Of a stretch of DNA of 64,000 nt, positions 57,614 to 64,000 are shown piece by piece. Source of the DNA: Rhizodiscina lignyota (Eukaryota); the NCBI GenBank assembly GCA_010015805.1, contig ML978121.1, positions 1,364,001 through 1,428,000 of the forward strand, written 5' to 3'. How positions within the stretch are numbered: position 1 is the first letter of the stretch; each line of letters starts with the position of its first letter. A program made the position numbers and the translations under genes. The notes below the pieces were generated by a model that saw nothing but the letters and a program-made list of their open reading frames with translations, ran no database searches and was not told the DNA's origin.

Positions 57614-58741
57614 TCAACTAGCGAGCCCAATGGCCACGATGAATCCAACGATAAAGGCAAATTGACTTCGCTTCTCCGCTCCAGTCCGTCCGTTTGCTCT
57701 TGCAGCACCATTTTCAACCGCAGCTTCCTGCAAGACAGCAGTGGTCAATATGGTCCTCCCTACTGCCTGCTGTACCCCGTTTACCATGTCCACGCTCTGC
57801 ATTGCTGGACCAACATTGCTGAAATCCACGAGCGCAAAGTTTGGACTTCGGCCATATACTGCGGCACAATCGGACATGTGCTGAGCTAGACCGCCAGAGG
57901 TTCCCAAGGTCGGGCTATTGGTGTCTGCTATGGCATCGACATTCGGAGTATCTATGCCAAACGCTTCGGATTGATCGAGGAAGTGATTCATAAGAAACAT
58001 TCGGTCTGACTGCACTGCGCTTTGTGGAGAGTTTTGAACAGAGGATGGGCGGTCGGGATTGCAAGTAAAGTTGGTAGCGTCTGTTACTTCGAACGGATTT
58101 TCAAACACGAACGTAAACTCGTCCATCAGATAGGGCGCAACAGTGTTGGAACTCGGATCAAGCGAAGCGATAAAAGTCATCAACCGTGTATTGCTGCTGA
58201 TAAGGCTCCCAAGAGTCGGCCAGCTGCCGGATGTTGGGGGTGCAGTAGTGGATGGTGGTATATACGCATAGCTCTTAATGCCTGAAGCACTGAACTGTTC
58301 GTCGAGGTCTTGAGGTGTTCCGTTGTCAGAATTGACCAGGAGAACGGTCACCACGTCGTTTGGATTGACGTCCATCCACGTCTTGATTTCGGAGAGCCAA
58401 TCTGATAATTTGCCCGCGTCGAGGAGTAAGCAGTCAGTGTGACATAGATGCCATTCATCCTGACCACTGGATGTATTGAACGCGTGGACTTGCGCTGTGA
58501 GTAATCGAACTCCGGAATCTAGCTGAACTGTGGAGTTGTAGAACTGGTTGCCCGCCGTGGAAAAGTCGGTCGAACTGTCTCTTAAGAAGGGACTGTCGTG
58601 AGCACCCAGATGCGTCACATTGTCGTACGTTTTCGAACAAAGATCCGGAGAATTGTTGCAAGCTCCTCCTGGCGTAGCTGCAGTCGTGACTTGCCAGAGG
58701 AGTGGTAACAACGTTGCTGGTAGAGAGAAAAACTGCCACAT
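57614..58741 (-). CDS. Secreted, probably GPI-anchored PLC-like phosphodiesterase (PI-PLC X-like)
   Basis: Signal peptide; HLGAHDSPF, AGNQ, QLDSGVRLL, LCHT, LMNHFL, PNFALVDF; hydrophobic C-terminus. Confidence 0.87.
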   Translation of the reverse strand: MWQFFSLPATLLPLLWQVTTAATPGGACNNSPDLCSKTYDNVTHLGAHDSPFLRDSSTDFSTAGNQFYNSTVQLDSGVRLLTAQVHAFNTSSGQDEWHLCHTDCLLLDAGKLSDWLSEIKTWMDVNPNDVVTVLLVNSDNGTPQDLDEQFSASGIKSYAYIPPSTTAPPTSGSWPTLGSLISSNTRLMTFIASLDPSSNTVAPYLMDEFTFVFENPFEVTDATNFTCNPDRPSSVQNSPQSAVQSDRMFLMNHFLDQSEAFGIDTPNVDAIADTNSPTLGTSGGLAQHMSDCAAVYGRSPNFALVDFSNVGPAMQSVDMVNGVQQAVGRTILTTAVLQEAAVENGAARANGRTGAEKRSQFAFIVGFIVAIGLAS

Positions 58742-60013
58742 TTTGGGAATATGGCTCACGCAAAGAAAGAAGTACGGAAATTCGAGAAGCTTCAAGGACC
58801 AGAATGAAATTGATCCTTTATCTTGGCATTTGGAGTCCACGAAAACCGCAAAGTTCTGACAGGTGGCCAGGAACAGAAAAGGTACGCGTGCGTGCGTCTC
58901 AAGGAGAAGTGAAACAGAGAAGCAATTGTGGAGCGAACACAGGATTCAAGAAACAGTCATCCCATGAAAGGAAGTTGACGGGCAAATGTACTAAACGCAT
59001 GGAAGGCTTGCATTATTCCGTTCTCCAGATATTCCGCATGGAGAATAACAATGGAGATGCCTCTCAGCTTTTGCCGCAGTAGGTGTGTACGTATAACGCC
59101 GTACGCACCGCCTCATGCTACAGTTTCAGTTGTCTCATAACTAGACGTTCCCGAGACACGAGCTGCGGCAGACACCACAAATACTCTTTGCCCCAGTGGC
59201 GGAGCATATTGGCAACGAGACAGGCCGTATAAATTCCGATGGATGTGGTTGGACATGATCACCTTAAAATTCACACGAACGATGGAGTGTGGAGCTCGAT
59301 GTTGTTGAGGACCTGAGGTGAAAGAAGCTGCGAGGAGTCCTACAGATCTGATGCTAAAATTGGGCACGGCCCAGAAATCGGTCAGCGCCACCCCAAGCGC
59401 CACAAAGGGCGAGAGGACTCCGGCGCGTCGCCTTGCGCGAATTATGCACTGTTCGGACTCATGCCTTCAGCTTCGTGGCCGTTGCAGCGGATGAGACCTC
59501 CGACGTCAGCAGACTATCGTAAAAGGTTCCGGTGGGTGCAATGCTTGCTTGAATCCGTTCGACTTTGCGGAACTCGAGGAGGACCTTAACCATTGCTAAT
59601 CCGTGCCCAAGTTTCCAATAAATCAGTCTTCATTGCCACAATCCTGGAATTAGGCTAGTCATTAGAATTGTAGGTCAAAGATGCCGTGTAGCAGAGCTGA
59701 GGTCCGGAATACAGCTCTTCACCGCCACACCATCCCTCCTCAGCTTTGATGAAGTTGTCCTCTTGCTGATCGTCCCCGCTGTCAATGACTATCGCTGCAA
59801 ATTTAAAATATCGGGCAATTAATGGACGGTACTTATTGCATTGCACTAGCCTTTTGATCAGTGATTCCATTTCTCGATGACTCAGCAGCTTGAGATACAG
59901 GTGATCTCCGGCAGTAACCGCGTTCTATGATTGAAAGTGCACGATTCTTTGAATGTGAAGTTATATCTCTCACAGTGCTCACACATTGCATTCATTGTGA
60001 AGGATCCAAAGTC

Positions 60014-60440
60014 ATGACTTCAGCCAACCTATCAACACCGCCGAAGTGTACAGCGGACGTCTGTCTCGTTCCGATTGGCACGCTCTCTCCAAGTGTTTCG
60101 AAGGAGATCGCTGATGTGCAGCGTTTTCTTCAAAAGTCTGGGTTGAAGTTTACGATGCATTCAGCAGGAACAACAATTGGTTCGTCATGCGGTCTGGTTC
60201 CAGGGTTTTTCGTTGTTGTGACTGACGGTACTGCTAGAGGGGTCATGGGATGATGTGATGAAGGCCATTGGCCAAGCGCACACCCTGCTTCATGAAAAGG
60301 GAATCATAAGGATTCAGAGCGACATTCGAGTAGGCACTCGCACAGACAAGGTCCAGAGTGCGGAGGATAAGGTTGCTGCCGTCGAGAAATTACTGCGGGA
60401 AGACGCGGACTATGAACCAGGAGAGGCTTCGTATTACTGA
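60014..60440 (+). CDS. ECM15: UPF0045/Ecm15-like (thiamine-binding fold) protein; exons 60014-60179, 60238-60440
   Basis: CTADVCLVPIGT..PSVSKEIADVQR...MHSAGTTIEGSWDDVM...RIQSDIRVGTRTDK. Confidence 0.88.
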
Positions 60441-61075
60441 AGTTTGCATTCCTATTTTTCACCAGACCTTCAGTAGCTCTCATACTCTTCAATGTGAATG
60501 GTCACGTTGATGTTATCGCATCCATCTTTGACATGTTCCGTCGTCCTCGTTACGTAGGATGAGTTGGCTGAGTCCACTCACATTACCTGGAGATATGCAT
60601 TCGGAACAGCAGTGGGTTCTCAAGTATTGGCCACCTACCTGGCCAACGAGTTCACTTCCAAATAATTAGAGCGGTGAAGGAGCCCGTCGTCATGAGCGAT
60701 GCGAATGACAGCTCAACGGTGATTCCACTCTGAACATGCTGTTTTGCTTTGAGTGTAGCCAGAGCAGTTGGGGTCTCTGTATCCTTGTGGACCAATCTGT
60801 GATAAGAACGGTTGAGAGATTCCAAGTTTCAGCCATCAACCATCTTTCGAGTGAGTTACTCCGTGGTTTGACAGATTTTGGGGAACAGGGGCGCCTAAGC
60901 CTAAAGAGTCCTAGTGGACCGTACCTAAACCTATGTAGGAAATGCACCTAGACTCGGTAGATTATCGGGTGCATGCTTTGCCCATCACAGGGAGCATGCG
61001 ACTTTGCGTCGACTTCAACCTTGGTAGTTTCTACCAATCTTCTATCTCTGCTAGAGCCGTTCTCGAAAGCTGAAC

Positions 61076-61746
61076 ATGGCAGAAGCAACAATGACGAATG
61101 GATTCCACGCATCTTCATCGCCCTCTAAGCCAGCCCAACTCTCCTTCCCTATGCCCCATGCTCCTCATGTGCGCATCAACATTCACCTCTCGATCCTTCA
61201 GCACTGCATCTTGCTGTTCCTCGCAACTAGCAGCGTTGAGTCGGGAGAAGGTGGCTGTAGCATGGGGAGCTTCGTGTACGCGCTGCCAAATGTACGTACA
61301 ACTTTCGCTGCTACCTTACACGATCAAACTCCAAAATGAAATTATATCCATCAATTCTTGAATGCCTTTTTCATTGTTTCAACTCAGTTTGAATTCTCGA
61401 CATGGCATTCTTAAACATTTTCTACCATTGCGTTACAAAAACGAATTAGTTTACTGATCTGCCATCACAGAGGCTCTCGCCGTCTACACCTCTAAGCACG
61501 TCCCTCTACGGTTCATCGTCGAGCTCGGCACAGATGGACTTTGCTACGCGCATAGCAAAGATCATCTCCAAGAAGACAAGCAAACCCACATACGTCAGCA
61601 ATTCAATATCATTTGCGAGCACAGCAAGAGGGGGCGCCGTGGAGGAAGAGATGGACGGCCTGACTCGTTGTGTAGAGGTCGTTCTGGGAGAGGTTGAGAA
61701 AGCTAGCAGAATGAGCAACGCGGCAAAGGAGCTGGGAGAAGTCTGA
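61076..61746 (+). CDS. Proteasome assembly chaperone 4 (Poc4/PAC4)-like protein; exons 61076-61291, 61471-61746
   Basis: MGSFVYALPN|R...PLSTSLY...DFATRIAKIISKKTSKPTYV. Confidence 0.7.
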
Positions 61747-63217
61747 TGGTTCTTTCAGGCGACAACTCATACATCGTCTTTGATCGAGCCGGAATGGCCA
61801 TGATGGACAAAGCTCATTCAATCGTAAAGACGCCACTGAAGCGAATTAACCTCTTCAATCTCGCCAGGTCCTACGCTCCCGGGATTTCGGTTGGCCTTCA
61901 CACCCTCTACACAGGGCGATTGATGAAATGTTGGGTTAGAATATTTGAAGGTGCTGCTTCTTTTGCAACATGCGGAGGTGCAGATCCAATACAAGCCGAA
62001 CCCTCTGGTAAGCCTTCGCACTCCGAGTGGAGGCAGCGTCATCTTGGTTGTTGAATCCCTTCAACGGTCCAGCACTCCACGCCTGGGCTTGCGGCAAGAT
62101 CAACACGGAATCCATTCGATAGCTTCAATCAAAAGTGTTAGCTGTTCAACAATCGAGGCACAGCTCCATTATCGTAATTTGCACACAAGATGCAGTCGAT
62201 TGCTTCAGTCAAGGTAGCCAACGAAGAATATCATCTCTTGAAATATCTACCGGACACTTCTTGTCCTAAGCTCATGCGGCTACTAACTGCTCCTGGCCTC
62301 TCCTCTTCCACTTTTTCAACGTTTTTAGAGGTGATGTGCTCTTGAACATATCCCCAACTCAATTTCAGAAGGATTATTTCACCCTTCTAGTCTTCTCTTT
62401 CGCCCATATAATGTATTCCACTTACTTTGGATGACAAAGATGACAAGCATGCCGAGCTAACGCGAGCTATCTGCTTGGCAAGAGTTGACAGAGCAGATTT
62501 GGAATCAGAATTTGATAGAGCCCTCGCTGGAGAATGAATCGAAACCAGAGAGAAATAGAAAGGATACTGAAAACAGATCAAGCTACATTACAACGAATAA
62601 ACACGTGGCAGAGACGTTTGCGCCATTCAAGTTATGGGTAATTCTGATACGGCAAGAAACGGGCCCCTTGCGCATCTGTCAATGCGATATTAGCGACTCA
62701 TCGCAAGCAGCAAGGGTTTCATGGTGCAGACTATCTCGCATGTCTTTTGCATTCCTCCTCTACGGTATTCAGGAGAGTTTAACAGTCCCTTTCACGCTAG
62801 ATTCAACTCTCGGATTCCTTTCCGGGAGTCATTTCCGCCGCGGGCAATGACCGCCATTGTGTGGCTTGGGCCGGCAATTTGGCGCTCGAACTGAATTTAA
62901 AAAAAGCCAAGCTTACAATGCCCATTATGAGACTCACCATCATCATAAAGGCGACTGTCGCAAAACAATTATGGGCGGCACCGAAAATTCGGGTAAATGC
63001 TTAGGAAGAAAGTTGCGGCCTTTAGTCACCAGTTTGGGGACAGGGCGGGTGAAGGGCCGCCTATGAGCACGGAGTGGCGAACCCGATGATGCACCTTTTT
63101 GATACAAAACAACCCACCATTCTTCTTCGCGGACAACTTTCCAAGCTACACCAACGCCAATTGATCGTGTTAACACTACAACGCACTTTCTACATCTTGA
63201 TCTTCGAACCACACGCC

Positions 63218-64000
63218 ATGTCTTCCTCTCTCGATCAGCTCAAGGCGACGGGCACTGTAAGTGGTCGCATTTTGCTGCCCCTCGTTGGCGGGGACCCACG
63301 GAGAAGCTTCCCAACGACCGCCATATAAAATTTTCAAGAACGCGACAGCTAACATTGGACTTCAAATAGACCGTCGTCTGCGACTCTGGTGATTTCGCCA
63401 CCATTGACAAGTACCAGCCACAAGATGCGACCACCAACCCATCCCTCATCCTCGCTGCCTCGAAAAAGCCCGACTACGCTGCTCTAATCGACAGGGCCGT
63501 CGAGTATGGCAAGAAGCACGCCAGCGGTGACATTGATGCTCAGGTGGATGCCACTCTGGACAATCTGCTTGTCCAGTTCGGCAGCGAGATCCTGAAGATT
63601 ATTCCGGGCAAAGTGTCGACAGAGGTGGATGCAAGGTTTTCGTTCGACACCGAGGCTTCCGTGAAGAAGGCTCTGCACATTATTGAAGTACGTCTTTGTA
63701 ATTCGATGTGGAGCGAGGCGCATTCTGACCATTGTTTGAACAGCTTTACAAGGAGCAGGGAATCAGCAAGGACCGCATCCTCATCAAGATCGCTTCGACG
63801 TGGGAAGGCATCAAGGCTGCCGAGATCCTTCAGAGCAAGCATGGCATCAACTGCAACCTGACCCTCATGTTCTCCCTCGTCCAAGCCATTGCTGGCGCCG
63901 AAGCCGGTGCCTTCCTCATCTCTCCCTTCGTCGGCCGCATCCTTGACTGGTACAAGGCTGCCAACAAGAAGGAATATGCGCCTTCAGAAGATCCAGGCGT
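63218..64000 (+). CDS. TAL1: Transaldolase, 5' part (runs off the window); exons 63218-63256, 63370-63687, 63744->64000
   Basis: [19 protein letters not shown]...[56 protein letters not shown]. Confidence 0.97.

Noticed and set aside
1..64000. CRISPR arrays, tRNA/rRNA genes, intact transposons, secondary-metabolite cluster
   Set aside because: No repeat-spacer array, cloverleaf, rRNA, intact transposase/RT or PKS/NRPS backbone gene seen; neighbouring enzymes are functionally unrelated

Overview
Gene-dense eukaryotic DNA from a filamentous ascomycete (Pezizomycotina; Dothideomycete-like, inferred from gene content only), with short GT-AG introns carrying CTRAC-type branch sites. Conserved genes: mitoribosomal bS16m and mS45, NAD(P)HX epimerase, wetA, a Ure2-like GST, SAP18, RNA 3'-phosphate cyclase, ATG17, sconB/MET30, a ZIP transporter, a CCDC97-like protein, a WSC-GH3 beta-xylosidase, a PLC-like phosphodiesterase, ECM15, a POC4-like protein and the 5' part of transaldolase. 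Two RNA genes lie outside the ORF track: a U2 snRNA and a dual-guide box C/D snoRNA in the mS45 intron. Accessory patches hold a duplicated RING-gene pair flanking an (R)-amine transaminase, a decayed tyrosine-recombinase-like gene followed by an F-box gene and a methyltransferase pseudogene, a frameshifted F-box paralog, and a GIY-YIG-like/GATA-finger ORF. The most striking intact gene encodes a ~1513-aa fusion of HeLo-like, kinase-like, IQ and trypsin-like serine protease regions. Exon boundaries were read by eye, and family calls rest on motif recognition, not database searches.
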